Shown in pieces: positions 16,060 through 25,579 of a stretch of DNA of 32,543 nucleotides. Under the pieces are notes generated by a model, which did not search any database, was not told the origin of the DNA, and worked only from the letters and a program-made list of their open reading frames with translations. Numbering within the stretch: the first letter of the stretch is position 1; every line of letters starts with the position of its first letter. Made by a program: the position numbers and the translations under genes. Source of the stretch: a virus (lineage: Duplodnaviria > Caudoviricetes); IMG/VR virus record IMGVR_UViG_3300035523_000135; one strand, written 5' to 3'.

Positions 16060-16577
16060 CCGGCTTAGATATCTCCAACGCCCTTGTCGAGTACATTGCG
16101 GCCAGCGTCCCGACGCTCAATGCGGTCCCGGCGGTCGCATCCTCCGACTATCGTTTCAGCGCCATTCCGACTCCGCCGTCGGACGGGGTCACGGACCGTT
16201 ATCGCTTCCTCAAAACCTACGTCCCGATCGCCTGCAAGACCGGCGTGACCGTATCGTGCGTCGCCGGCGCCGACCGGGTGATGGAGCGTTATGCGCCGAG
16301 TGGCGCGCTCCGCGAGGTCATCGTCTCGGTCGTTCTTACGATCGCCGCCCCAGCCCTAAGGGATCCCAACAGGGTCATACCGGCCAAGGCCGCCATGATC
16401 GACGCCCTCTACGACCTGCTCAAAAGCCTGAGAACGTTCGCAACCCCGGCCGGGGAAACCTACGACTGCCAGGTCCTTGACCGCGTGTACGGATACGACA
16501 ACAAAGCCCTGCAGGGCGATTTCACAACCAGCGTCGCCGGCCTAGAGTGGCGCTGCCTCTACTCGACCGGAGAATGA
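16056..16577 (+). CDS. Putative tail terminator protein
   Basis: ATGA coupling, GGAGG RBS, size and position before the tail tube gene. Confidence 0.55.
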   Translation: MTGLDISNALVEYIAASVPTLNAVPAVASSDYRFSAIPTPPSDGVTDRYRFLKTYVPIACKTGVTVSCVAGADRVMERYAPSGALREVIVSVVLTIAAPALRDPNRVIPAKAAMIDALYDLLKSLRTFATPAGETYDCQVLDRVYGYDNKALQGDFTTSVAGLEWRCLYSTGE

Positions 16578-16579
16578 CA

Positions 16580-16762
16580 ATGGCCAAACCCGTTACTGAT
16601 GACGCCATCCTGGCGCCCCCCGCTGCCCCCGAGGCAGCCCCCGCAGATATCACCGGCCCGCAGATCGTCTATAGCGACCTCTGGCCAAACGGCGTGCTGG
16701 TAATCCGGCCGGTATCCCGGCTAATCCCTCCGCCGGCTAATAAGGAGAATTCCAATGGCTGA
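16580..16762 (+). CDS. Small Pro/Ala-rich hypothetical protein
   Basis: GGAG RBS at 16569-16572; fills the gap between the terminator and tube genes. Confidence 0.55.
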   Translation: MAKPVTDDAILAPPAAPEAAPADITGPQIVYSDLWPNGVLVIRPVSRLIPPPANKENSNG

Positions 16763-17621
16763 AAAAGTCTACGTATCCGGCAAGGGCTCCAGTTTCACCC
16801 TGATCGACGACACGACGTCCCCCGTCACGATCTCCATCCCGCTCCTGCCGGGATCCTACAGGAACGTGACCCGCAACGTCGCGGTCGATACCTACGCCCA
16901 GGGCAACCCGTCATCCGTGTGGCCTGAGACCTACGCGCTCGGCCCATCCACCACGGGCTACACCGTCACCACCCGCGCCATCCCGAGCGGCTGGTTCACG
17001 GCGGCCAACCTCAACAAAATGTTCGTGACCCGCGACTCCAACGGCGATTCCCAACTCATGGGCGGCCGATGGAATGACGGCCTCGTGGCCCACTTGGACA
17101 CGGTCAAACCGACCGGACTCCAGATCGTCGGAAACGCCAGCTCCCCGAACCCCGTCGCGGTCCAAATGGGGTTCATCGGAACCAACGCCGCCGGAACCAC
17201 GCCCGGAGCGCACGTGTCGGTCGTCGGCGCGGCCGAGGTCACGTTCAACACCATTACGTTCAAACAGGGATCCACGACCCCGACGCAGGTCTCGGCTTTC
17301 GACCTCACCATCGGCATCAGCGCTGAGTTCCGCAAATGGTTCAACGGCAACCCGACTTCGGTCGACGCGATCGACCCGGGCTCGTGCAGCGGCCGGCTAC
17401 GGATCGTCCAGGGACTGGGCGCCGCCATCCGTGTGGATGACATGGATATCTGCACGTTCGAAATCGGATTCGGCCCGTCAGCCCCGGTGATCGCCGTCAG
17501 TTGCATCCAGGCCGAAGGTTCGACGCCGGTCAACATCGGCGGAAACGCCAGCATGGCGTCCACGTGGGCTGTCGTCGCCGTCGGCGCCAACCCCGCGATC
17601 GCAATCACCCAGGCAACCTAA
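16755..17621 (+). CDS. Major tail tube protein (putative)
   Basis: AAGGAG RBS; 288 aa, beta-rich, Thr/Gly-rich; directly upstream of the chaperone and tape measure genes. Confidence 0.7.
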   Translation: MAEKVYVSGKGSSFTLIDDTTSPVTISIPLLPGSYRNVTRNVAVDTYAQGNPSSVWPETYALGPSTTGYTVTTRAIPSGWFTAANLNKMFVTRDSNGDSQLMGGRWNDGLVAHLDTVKPTGLQIVGNASSPNPVAVQMGFIGTNAAGTTPGAHVSVVGAAEVTFNTITFKQGSTTPTQVSAFDLTIGISAEFRKWFNGNPTSVDAIDPGSCSGRLRIVQGLGAAIRVDDMDICTFEIGFGPSAPVIAVSCIQAEGSTPVNIGGNASMASTWAVVAVGANPAIAITQAT

Positions 17622-17639
17622 CAGAAATCGAGCACCCAA

Positions 17640-18110
17640 ATGATCACCATCCCCGTATCGTACGTCACCCATCCTGACGGGTCTTTCGGCGCGCTTTTGC
17701 TCAGTGAGGATGAGCGCGCCAAGGCCCTCGAATATCTCGCGACCCTGGAGGGCGACGCCGCCGTCCCCGTACAGCAGGCCCTCGACCTGGACGCCGAACT
17801 CCGCGTCCAGTCCAACGCCGTCCACGTCAACTACACGTTCCGGGAGCCGACCGGCATGGACCAGGCTCAAATCCGCGCGCTGGCCCTGCGCGAGGCCCTC
17901 AAGGGCGGCCCGGATGTGGATGAATACATCCTCCGTCCGTTCGAACTGCTCACCCGCGTCGCTTACCTCAAGACCGACCAGACCGCCATTCCGGCCAACC
18001 CGAAGGCGGAATGGTACGTGGCCAACAGACTCGACTCCGCGCTGTCACTGGAGGACGGCTTACGGAGTTTTTTGTCTCCCAAGGCCGAACCCTCGCCGAA
18101 GGCGGAGTAG
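17640..18110 (+). CDS. Tail assembly chaperone (gpG-like)
   Basis: Lies between tube and tape measure genes; slippery site near its 3' end. Confidence 0.75.
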   Translation: MITIPVSYVTHPDGSFGALLLSEDERAKALEYLATLEGDAAVPVQQALDLDAELRVQSNAVHVNYTFREPTGMDQAQIRALALREALKGGPDVDEYILRPFELLTRVAYLKTDQTAIPANPKAEWYVANRLDSALSLEDGLRSFLSPKAEPSPKAE

Positions 18111-18313
18111 CCTGGGTTGACCCTATCACGGAGCTCTACCTCCGATCAAAACGCCACGGGCTGACCGACTGGGTGAGCATGCCGGACAGCCTGCTGGAGC
18201 AACTCGACATCCTCGAGTACGCATACAAAACCGCCCTTGACGAAAAGGAAGCCCTATCGGGCGGCCTACCCGACGAACTGCAGGCAGCGATCGACCCGAC
18301 GAGGAAACCATGA
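18068..18313 (+). CDS. -1 frameshift extension of the tail chaperone (gpGT-like)
   Basis: In-frame heptamer T TTT TTG at 18068-18074; the -1 frame stays open to 18313 and overlaps the tape measure ATG. Confidence 0.75.
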   Translation, partial: FFVSQGRTLAEGGVAWVDPITELYLRSKRHGLTDWVSMPDSLLEQLDILEYAYKTALDEKEALSGGLPDELQAAIDPTRKP

Positions 18314-21303
18314 GCGAGAAAGCGGCGGTAGTAAAACTGAAGTTGGACGATGCCGAGTTCCGCGCCCAGGCGGCGGCCTCGATCGAGTGGCTCAAGGGCG
18401 AGCTCGCCAATGTCACGTCCGGCCAGGGCCTTCCGGGTCAGTCCGGACAGGGCGTGCCCGGGCCTGCTTCGGGCTTCGGAACCGTAGCCGCAGCCGGGCT
18501 GGGGGCATTCGCCGCCGCCCGGTTTGGCGCGGGTGGGTTCGCTGATGGGTTCGGCGGGATCCAGGGATCGATCGACGCATTTAGCATGATCCACGGCGGC
18601 CCCGGCCGGTTCCACGATCCGTGGAGCTCATCGGACTTCTCCAGCCCTGGCGCTAACTTCTGGGGATTCAACCCGGGATCGGGTGATGGCGACGCCGACG
18701 TCGGACCTGGCCCTTCGAGACGGACGGGCGCTCAGAGAGCGAGCGACGCACGGACCGCAGCCGACTTTGGTGGCATTTTCGTGCGTGGTAGAAAGACGGA
18801 GAAGGGAATCGACCTGCACGACGTCGGCGAGAGCGATACCCAGCAATCGTACCGCGCAAGCCAGCGGCAGGATTGGCTGCAGGATTTCACGAACCGTCAA
18901 TCCGGTGGTGAGCGCGGCACGGCGATCTTCGGTATGCCCGACTGGGGTTCCATGTGGAGCGCGGCGAACGCGCCTCTTCCGGGTAGCGGGGCGATCAACC
19001 GAATCGGCTCAAAACTCGGCATGTCCGAAGGGCTGAGCGCCGTCGCCGGTAAGGCCGCCGGCGCCGCCGGTCCGGCCGCCGCGGTCGCGATAGGCGTTGC
19101 AGGTCTGGCTCATCAGGCGGATTATCGCCTCAACGCCGAAATGACCGGTCGCCAGAACGACACGTACGACGCCGTCCTCGGTTGGGTCGGAATGATCCCA
19201 GGGCTCGGCGGCATTGCCGAGACCTCGCGCAAATCGTACGACTGGGCAAACGACGTACAACAGAAACAGGCGCTCGCATCCATTGCGGCGATTACCGGGG
19301 ATGATGTTTCGGGACTCGCCAGTTCGGCGGCCGGGATAGGGATCCCCCATATGCAGGCCGCTTCAAGGCTCGGGTCCCGGCTTACGCGTGGTCTGGGCAG
19401 GAATGCATCCGGAGTCGCGCTGTCCCTCGTCCAGGACCTCTTCAACGCTGATCCCACCAAGGATAAAACCCTATCACCGGAACAAGCGGATGCCCTGGCC
19501 GCGGCCTCATCCGCCGAGGTTCAGCAGGCATTCGGCCGCTCGGGCTACGACCGGGGAGTCGCCGCCAACCTCGCCGTGAAAGACCCGGCCGCCGCCGCAG
19601 CCTACATTCAGCTCAAAGGCGGTAAGGACAATGCGGCCGACCTTTCATTCCTCGCCGGGAATGTTGAGACACAGGGCTTCCGCGTCCAGTCCGCCATGAG
19701 CAACGTCGCGGCCGCCGGTTCTCATACCCAGTCAGTCACGGCACGCGGCGGCACAGCGTCCGCCATCGGAACTTCCATCGGCGGTGAGATCGGAGCGCTC
19801 CAGGAGGCTTCCGCCGCCACACAGAAATATATCGAATACCTGAAATCCCTCGGCGACACCATGGCAGACGGCGGGGCGAAGATCGCGGGCGCCAGAGCCG
19901 CAATGGCCGCGATCGGGGCCAGCGCGGACGAACTCCGCTATCAGCGCACAAGCCTCGCCTCCGCGGAAGCGCAGGACCGGGCCGGGACCGCGACCGCCAT
20001 CAGCAGCTCCGCAATGCCTAGCAAGCTCGCGGGCGCCAAGCGCGGCGACTTCAGCCTGTTCGACGGAATGCTCAAGGACCAGATCGCCGAGCGTGACACC
20101 ACCGTTGCCGAGCTTAACCGGCCGGGGCTGAAACCCGAGGACTACCGCAGACTGAAGAGGCAGAAGGCCCAGCAGGACGCGGCGATCTTTCAGACCCGGA
20201 AAATGGCGGCCGACTACGAAGGCGGACAGGACTCCCAGTTCGCCGACCTCGCGGCCCAGGGCGCGCAGGCGTTCCTTTCCGGGGTTGAGATCACGGGAAC
20301 ATCCGCTGACATATCCGCCACACGAAAGCGATATAGCAGCCGGGTGGACGACAAGGTAACGATGGCTCAGGGCAAACTCGTTTGGATGCAACAGCACCCA
20401 TCCGACTACACGGACGCCGACCGCGAACAGCAGGAAAACGTCATCCTGTCCGCCAAGAATGACCGCACCCTCGCCCATATCGAGGCGTCCCGATCGCCAC
20501 TCAGCCGGATGGAAGACGCGCGTCTCGAGCGCCAGGACATCCTGGCCCAGCGCGCTTCCCGGCAGGGCGGTACCGCGGCGCTCGGAGCGACCCGCGGCAT
20601 GATCAGCTCATGGTCCGACATCCGGAGCAAGCGCCAGGCCGCCTACGACGCCAACCCCAACTACGCGACACTGGGCGATCTCAACAACGCCGACCGCACT
20701 CTCCAGCGCCTCGGGGAATCGCTCGGGGCCGGTGGGTTGGACGCAACGATCGGGACAGAGATAGACCGGGCCGCCTCCCGGATGCACGTCCTCAACAGCG
20801 ATCAGTTTGAGCCCGGTGACCGGCTCGCGGCGGGGATCAACCTGTTCAACTCCGTCGGCAAGGCGCGGGGCGACGCGCAGAAACGCCTGACCGGCGCCAC
20901 GGATCCGCAGGTCAGGCGCCAGCTACAGTCCGAGATCAACAGTTACGACGAACAGCAGGCGGAGCTCGACCGAAACCTCAACGACGGATGGTACACTCGG
21001 CTCGCTTCCCACGAATCCAACGCCCCGTCGCGGTCCGCCATGATCGCGACAACCAACCGCGACTACCTCATGTTCCATAAGGGCAATCGATTCACGGGCG
21101 GCGACGGCGAGCCGTACAGCGACCGTTACACGGCCGGCGCGGGCCGTACCGACAAACCCGGCAACGCTAACAACCAGGCTATCAAGGTTGTGGTGGAACT
21201 CACGGGGAGCGGGGTTGACGCGCTCAAACAGGCTGGAATCGGAGCCAGGGTCACCGTTAAGAACGATCCGAAGGCCGCGCTCAACGCTAGGCGGGCCGGC
21301 TGA
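18310..21303 (+). CDS. Tape measure protein (997 aa)
   Basis: Long Ala/Gly-rich helical ORF after the chaperones; N-terminal VVKLKLDDAEF and C-terminal IKVVVELTG motifs. Confidence 0.85.
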   Translation: MSEKAAVVKLKLDDAEFRAQAAASIEWLKGELANVTSGQGLPGQSGQGVPGPASGFGTVAAAGLGAFAAARFGAGGFADGFGGIQGSIDAFSMIHGGPGRFHDPWSSSDFSSPGANFWGFNPGSGDGDADVGPGPSRRTGAQRASDARTAADFGGIFVRGRKTEKGIDLHDVGESDTQQSYRASQRQDWLQDFTNRQSGGERGTAIFGMPDWGSMWSAANAPLPGSGAINRIGSKLGMSEGLSAVAGKAAGAAGPAAAVAIGVAGLAHQADYRLNAEMTGRQNDTYDAVLGWVGMIPGLGGIAETSRKSYDWANDVQQKQALASIAAITGDDVSGLASSAAGIGIPHMQAASRLGSRLTRGLGRNASGVALSLVQDLFNADPTKDKTLSPEQADALAAASSAEVQQAFGRSGYDRGVAANLAVKDPAAAAAYIQLKGGKDNAADLSFLAGNVETQGFRVQSAMSNVAAAGSHTQSVTARGGTASAIGTSIGGEIGALQEASAATQKYIEYLKSLGDTMADGGAKIAGARAAMAAIGASADELRYQRTSLASAEAQDRAGTATAISSSAMPSKLAGAKRGDFSLFDGMLKDQIAERDTTVAELNRPGLKPEDYRRLKRQKAQQDAAIFQTRKMAADYEGGQDSQFADLAAQGAQAFLSGVEITGTSADISATRKRYSSRVDDKVTMAQGKLVWMQQHPSDYTDADREQQENVILSAKNDRTLAHIEASRSPLSRMEDARLERQDILAQRASRQGGTAALGATRGMISSWSDIRSKRQAAYDANPNYATLGDLNNADRTLQRLGESLGAGGLDATIGTEIDRAASRMHVLNSDQFEPGDRLAAGINLFNSVGKARGDAQKRLTGATDPQVRRQLQSEINSYDEQQAELDRNLNDGWYTRLASHESNAPSRSAMIATTNRDYLMFHKGNRFTGGDGEPYSDRYTAGAGRTDKPGNANNQAIKVVVELTGSGVDALKQAGIGARVTVKNDPKAALNARRAG

Positions 21304-23204
21304 TGGACGCCCCGTACATCCACGTTGAGTCCACCCCGATCAGCCTGGAGGGAGACCTGTCGGTCCCGTTCACGCCGGTCCCCGCTTCCCAGCTCTGCAT
21401 CGTCAGCCGCAGCGAGCCGACGCACACCGTCAGCGTCGCCGGGCACTGGGACTCGGTCAACACGCCGGTCACCGGTGCGACGCCCGTCCGCTACGAATAC
21501 CCGGAGGGCGGCGCCGGCCACTACTACACCGACACTCTGCTCAGTTACGACACGTGGACGTGGGCGCCGGCGACGCTCGCGACCGGAACTCCGACCACGG
21601 TCTATATCAACCGCGTCACTCCGTCCGCCATGGTCTCCGGCGACACGCTCGTCGCCTGCTGGGGACGCTACGATATCGGCCGCGCCTCGACGTACGCCGG
21701 GTTCGCCGCCAAACAAGTCCAGGACCTCCCCGCCCTGACCGGACTGGAGTACGGCGCGGAGATCGGCCAGGTCCCGCACTTCCTGATTTCGAACTACCCG
21801 GTCCGGAACGATTTCGCCGACGGCGCAACCCCGCTCTGCCCGGTCGCCGTGGAGCCCAAGGTTGAAGTCATCCCGGCGGGCTCGGGAAGCCTGTACACGA
21901 GCCTCAGGTCATCCTCGGTCCCGGTAGGCGCGGACGACAGCGATCAATCGTCTACGGTCATCCAGGCGGTCATGCAGCCATCCGGAGGGCAGTACCCGAT
22001 CGACGGGACGACCCGCAAGTTCAACGCGGCGACCTACACCGACCCGGCCGATGCGAGCACGGCAACGTGGGACATGCCCACAACAGGGTCAGCTGACCCT
22101 CCCGCAACGGTCGGAGGCGCCGGGATCAACCTCACCGGCAACTACCGCATCCGCCACAACAGCAACGCCGGGCAGGCGTGGTACAGCAAGGGCGCGTGGG
22201 ACGTCATGGCGACTCGGGGGCGGGCCGTCCGGACGGACATCAACAGGGTCCCGGTCGAGTCCTCCCCGTACACGACGTACAACTACGAGCGCAAATTCTA
22301 CGACGAAAACGGCACCCTCACCCTGACGGGCTACCCGTCAACCCCAGCGCCTCCGACGTGGACCAACGGGACCGTCACCCTTGACGACGCGATCGACGGC
22401 GGTCCCGACCCCGGGGACAACCCGGCCGGGACGGTATACGCGGACGGGCTGTGGTCGGTCAGCATCCCCGTCGACACATGCCCGCCAGAACAACGCGTCC
22501 GCCAGGCGTTCGCCCACGATTACCCGTGGTCCTGGCACGCCGCCGGCGATTCGTTCACGCTCCACGTCAAGGTCACAACGACCGGCAGCCTCTGGCAGTT
22601 CATCCCGGTCAGGACGAGCGACGGAGGCACAACGCCCGGGGACCTCTACCGCCTGTACGGGCTGGACTCCGACCGGACCATTTGGGGCTGCATCCGCCAG
22701 GTCCAGAACAACGGGTTCAACACGGCGAACCTGTACCTGAGGACCAGCAACGACCTGGGCGCCACGTTCACGTCCTCATCCCTCGGCTGTTCCGGGCAGA
22801 GCCCGAGCATCCTCTGCATGCCCGACTACACCATCCTACTCGCCTACAGCGACGGCGACAACGTCGTCCTCAAACGCCTCGCCGACACGGCAGCGGAGAT
22901 CAGCACCATGACGTCACCGGGCCCCGGCAAAACAGTCGACATATACACATCCAAATCCGATTACGATGCCCCGCTCTGGGCGGCCATGTGCTCGGTTTCA
23001 TCCGGGTCCGGCGCGATTACGGTCAGGACGAGCCGGGATGAGGGACAGACCTGGGGCACGCCCGTCACTGTCGTCGCCAGTGCCCCCGCCCAACGCCCGT
23101 GCCTCTCCGGTGACGTAAACCGCCTCGAACTCTGGTACCACAACGGCACGGATATCCTCGTCAAGGCCTCGACTGACGGCGGCGCAACCTGGCTGCCAGG
23201 ATAA
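21303..23204 (+). CDS. Tail-tip protein with C-terminal Asp-box (BNR, sialidase-like) repeats
   Basis: SNDLGATF, SRDEGQTW and STDGGATW match SxDxGxTW; follows the tape measure gene. Confidence 0.65.
   Translation: MDAPYIHVESTPISLEGDLSVPFTPVPASQLCIVSRSEPTHTVSVAGHWDSVNTPVTGATPVRYEYPEGGAGHYYTDTLLSYDTWTWAPATLATGTPTTVYINRVTPSAMVSGDTLVACWGRYDIGRASTYAGFAAKQVQDLPALTGLEYGAEIGQVPHFLISNYPVRNDFADGATPLCPVAVEPKVEVIPAGSGSLYTSLRSSSVPVGADDSDQSSTVIQAVMQPSGGQYPIDGTTRKFNAATYTDPADASTATWDMPTTGSADPPATVGGAGINLTGNYRIRHNSNAGQAWYSKGAWDVMATRGRAVRTDINRVPVESSPYTTYNYERKFYDENGTLTLTGYPSTPAPPTWTNGTVTLDDAIDGGPDPGDNPAGTVYADGLWSVSIPVDTCPPEQRVRQAFAHDYPWSWHAAGDSFTLHVKVTTTGSLWQFIPVRTSDGGTTPGDLYRLYGLDSDRTIWGCIRQVQNNGFNTANLYLRTSNDLGATFTSSSLGCSGQSPSILCMPDYTILLAYSDGDNVVLKRLADTAAEISTMTSPGPGKTVDIYTSKSDYDAPLWAAMCSVSSGSGAITVRTSRDEGQTWGTPVTVVASAPAQRPCLSGDVNRLELWYHNGTDILVKASTDGGATWLPG
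22085..22100. repeat. Dispersed palindrome, copy 5 (16-bp perfect), inside CDS
   Basis: AGGGTCAGCTGACCCT, encoding GSADP. Confidence 0.95.
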
Positions 23205-23346
23205 CGTTTCCCGGCCTTCAGCGCCCCAACCTGGGCCTTCGGGGACGAACACGCGTTCGTGGCGGACGGGGTTGCTGAAGCACCGCATTCGCCCATTACT
23301 CATCCCGCCTGCGATCGCAGGCCGCTATCCCCGCCTGGAGCACCCT

Positions 23347-25533
23347 ATGGCTGGACGTTACAACTACCTGCTCGTTGAGTACGCCGACCCGATCGAGGTC
23401 TTCGGCGCGGTTGAATCCCCCGACTGCAGTTACTCGGAGAGGGCGATCGACACCATCCGTCGTGACGACGCGGTCGCCGACAAGGTTCGGTACGATGAGG
23501 CGCTCGGCTGTCTGATGCTGACGCCCACGTATACCCCGGCCGACACCCCGCTCTCCGCATGCACGCACACCAGCGGCAGCTGGGTCGAGGCCGTGACCAC
23601 CACGACCAAAAAGAAGGTCGTCCAGCAGGTCGCCGGGACCGCCGATACTCAATGGTCCTACACGCACGGGGCTTCGCCGACCGTCGCCATCCCAGACGGG
23701 GGTGGCCTGTGGCTCACCCTCGGTAAGAGCACGGTCGATCCGGCCGGGACGATCAACGCCGACCATTGCTACGTGCGCGCGACCCTGATGGCGACGTCCC
23801 AAAAAGGCTACCGGATCGCCTGGCCTCTGGGATCCAACCCCCGCCTCGAGCAGACCTTGGACGGCGCCACGTGGACCCATAAGGGCGACATACAGGTTTT
23901 CGACGGGGACAAAGCCGCGTCGGGACGCCCGGACCTCATCCGCTTCCAGATCCTCCGTTGCGCCGGCAAGATCGCGTTTCGGGCCACGGTCAACAACTCC
24001 GTCAACCAGGCGGCTCTGACCGTCCCGGACATGGACCTGATCTACCCGCTGACCGTCACCGGCATGAACTACAAGGCGACGATCTCGCATTTCCCGATAA
24101 CGTTCGAGGCCTCCGGCTCTCTGGCATCCTGTCCGCATCCGAAACTCTGGGCGAACACCCGGGAACCCGTCACGTCCCACGACGGGTCCACGGCCGGTAT
24201 CTCCGTGACGATGCGCGACACCGGATCCGACTGGCTCACGGCCTGGATAGCCGTCCTCTCGGCGTCGGAGTCAAACACGATCACGCCCTGGTTCCGGTCG
24301 GTTCACGTCTCCATCCCCGAGATCCACACCGACCCGTCTCCCTATCCGACCTGGACGGCGCTGCCGTTTGTGCTGGGCGCCAGCATCCACCATGATTTCA
24401 GCCCGGCCGAGATCACCGTGCGGCGATCAGGCTTCGTCGTCTGCCGCAACCACGAGGGCCAGTACCGCGACTGGCGCGGAAACTGGGCGGTCCGGATCAC
24501 GACATGGATCGAGTGGGTAGACGACCATGGCGTGCGGTCCCTGTGGGAACCGAGCGTCCGGATGGTCGGGTGGTTGGGGTTCAAGACCGAAACCGGCACG
24601 GAAGAGTGGTCATCCAGTATCCTCGATCGGGTCGACTACGAGCTCCGGCAGTCCGTCGGGGACGACATCCATTTGGACGGCCTCTGTATGTACCACGCCG
24701 TAAGGCTGCTGGCGCAAAAGGCCGGCTTTACGAGGCAATGGCTCAGCGATAACCTTCCAGGCGCACCGGAAGGCGCGTGGGACTGCGACAGCGTGTCGTG
24801 CATCGGAGCGGCCGGGCATTTGCACATAGGCGTCGGCACCAACGACAACCCGCTCTACGAGTACAGCGCGGACACGTCAATCTGGGACATCATCCAGGAC
24901 ATTGCGCGCCGGTATGGCATGTTCGCAGGCGTGGACAGCCTCGGTCGGTTCGAATTCTTCCCGTGGGACCCCTGGAAGGCTCGCAACGACTGGACCCCCA
25001 AACAGGTATTCAGCGTTGGCGCCGAGTACGACCTAGAGGGCAATCCCTATCTCAACCAGTGTCTCGGCGAGTTGGTCAAACACGTCAGCTACGAAGACGT
25101 TCGGAACGGCGTCACGTTGATCGGAATGACCGGCGGTACGCGCAAACCGATCTGCAGCCATTTGTACGACCACGACAGCGTCTACGGCGGCGCCCTCGAA
25201 AAGCCGGCCAACTACATGGGCCGCCTCCGGAGATACGTCGAAACCAATGCCCGCTATGAGGACCCGGTCAGCACCGACTACTTCGCCCTGCGCAAATTCC
25301 AGATCCTCAGGGAGCCCCGTGTCTGGTTCGACCCGCTGGCGTGCGTCCCCCAGCCGCTGTACCCTCTCGACTACATCGGCATCATGGCCAACCGCACCCT
25401 CTCGGATGACGACCGTTTCTACCTCGCGTCGGTCCACGAAGACCTTTGGACAGAGGCCGACAACCACGGCGTCATGCAGCACTACAAAATGGTCCTCTAT
25501 CCCGAATTGATCCCCCAGGGCTACTCGGCCTGA
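23347..25533 (+). CDS. Tail hub / baseplate-like protein (728 aa)
   Basis: ATG at 23347 with GGAG RBS; SIWDIIQDIARRYGMFAGVDSLGRFEF and VRNGVTLIG resemble hub (Tal/gp27-like) motifs. Confidence 0.65.
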   Translation: MAGRYNYLLVEYADPIEVFGAVESPDCSYSERAIDTIRRDDAVADKVRYDEALGCLMLTPTYTPADTPLSACTHTSGSWVEAVTTTTKKKVVQQVAGTADTQWSYTHGASPTVAIPDGGGLWLTLGKSTVDPAGTINADHCYVRATLMATSQKGYRIAWPLGSNPRLEQTLDGATWTHKGDIQVFDGDKAASGRPDLIRFQILRCAGKIAFRATVNNSVNQAALTVPDMDLIYPLTVTGMNYKATISHFPITFEASGSLASCPHPKLWANTREPVTSHDGSTAGISVTMRDTGSDWLTAWIAVLSASESNTITPWFRSVHVSIPEIHTDPSPYPTWTALPFVLGASIHHDFSPAEITVRRSGFVVCRNHEGQYRDWRGNWAVRITTWIEWVDDHGVRSLWEPSVRMVGWLGFKTETGTEEWSSSILDRVDYELRQSVGDDIHLDGLCMYHAVRLLAQKAGFTRQWLSDNLPGAPEGAWDCDSVSCIGAAGHLHIGVGTNDNPLYEYSADTSIWDIIQDIARRYGMFAGVDSLGRFEFFPWDPWKARNDWTPKQVFSVGAEYDLEGNPYLNQCLGELVKHVSYEDVRNGVTLIGMTGGTRKPICSHLYDHDSVYGGALEKPANYMGRLRRYVETNARYEDPVSTDYFALRKFQILREPRVWFDPLACVPQPLYPLDYIGIMANRTLSDDDRFYLASVHEDLWTEADNHGVMQHYKMVLYPELIPQGYSA

Positions 25534-25579
25534 TGTTCAGGCCAGGGCCTGACCTCGATCCCGTACTAGGAGTCACCCA

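Noticed and set aside
18114-18126. GGGTTGACCCTAT as a seventh copy of the dispersed palindrome
   Set aside because: Only one full half-site and wrong spacing; compatible with chance.
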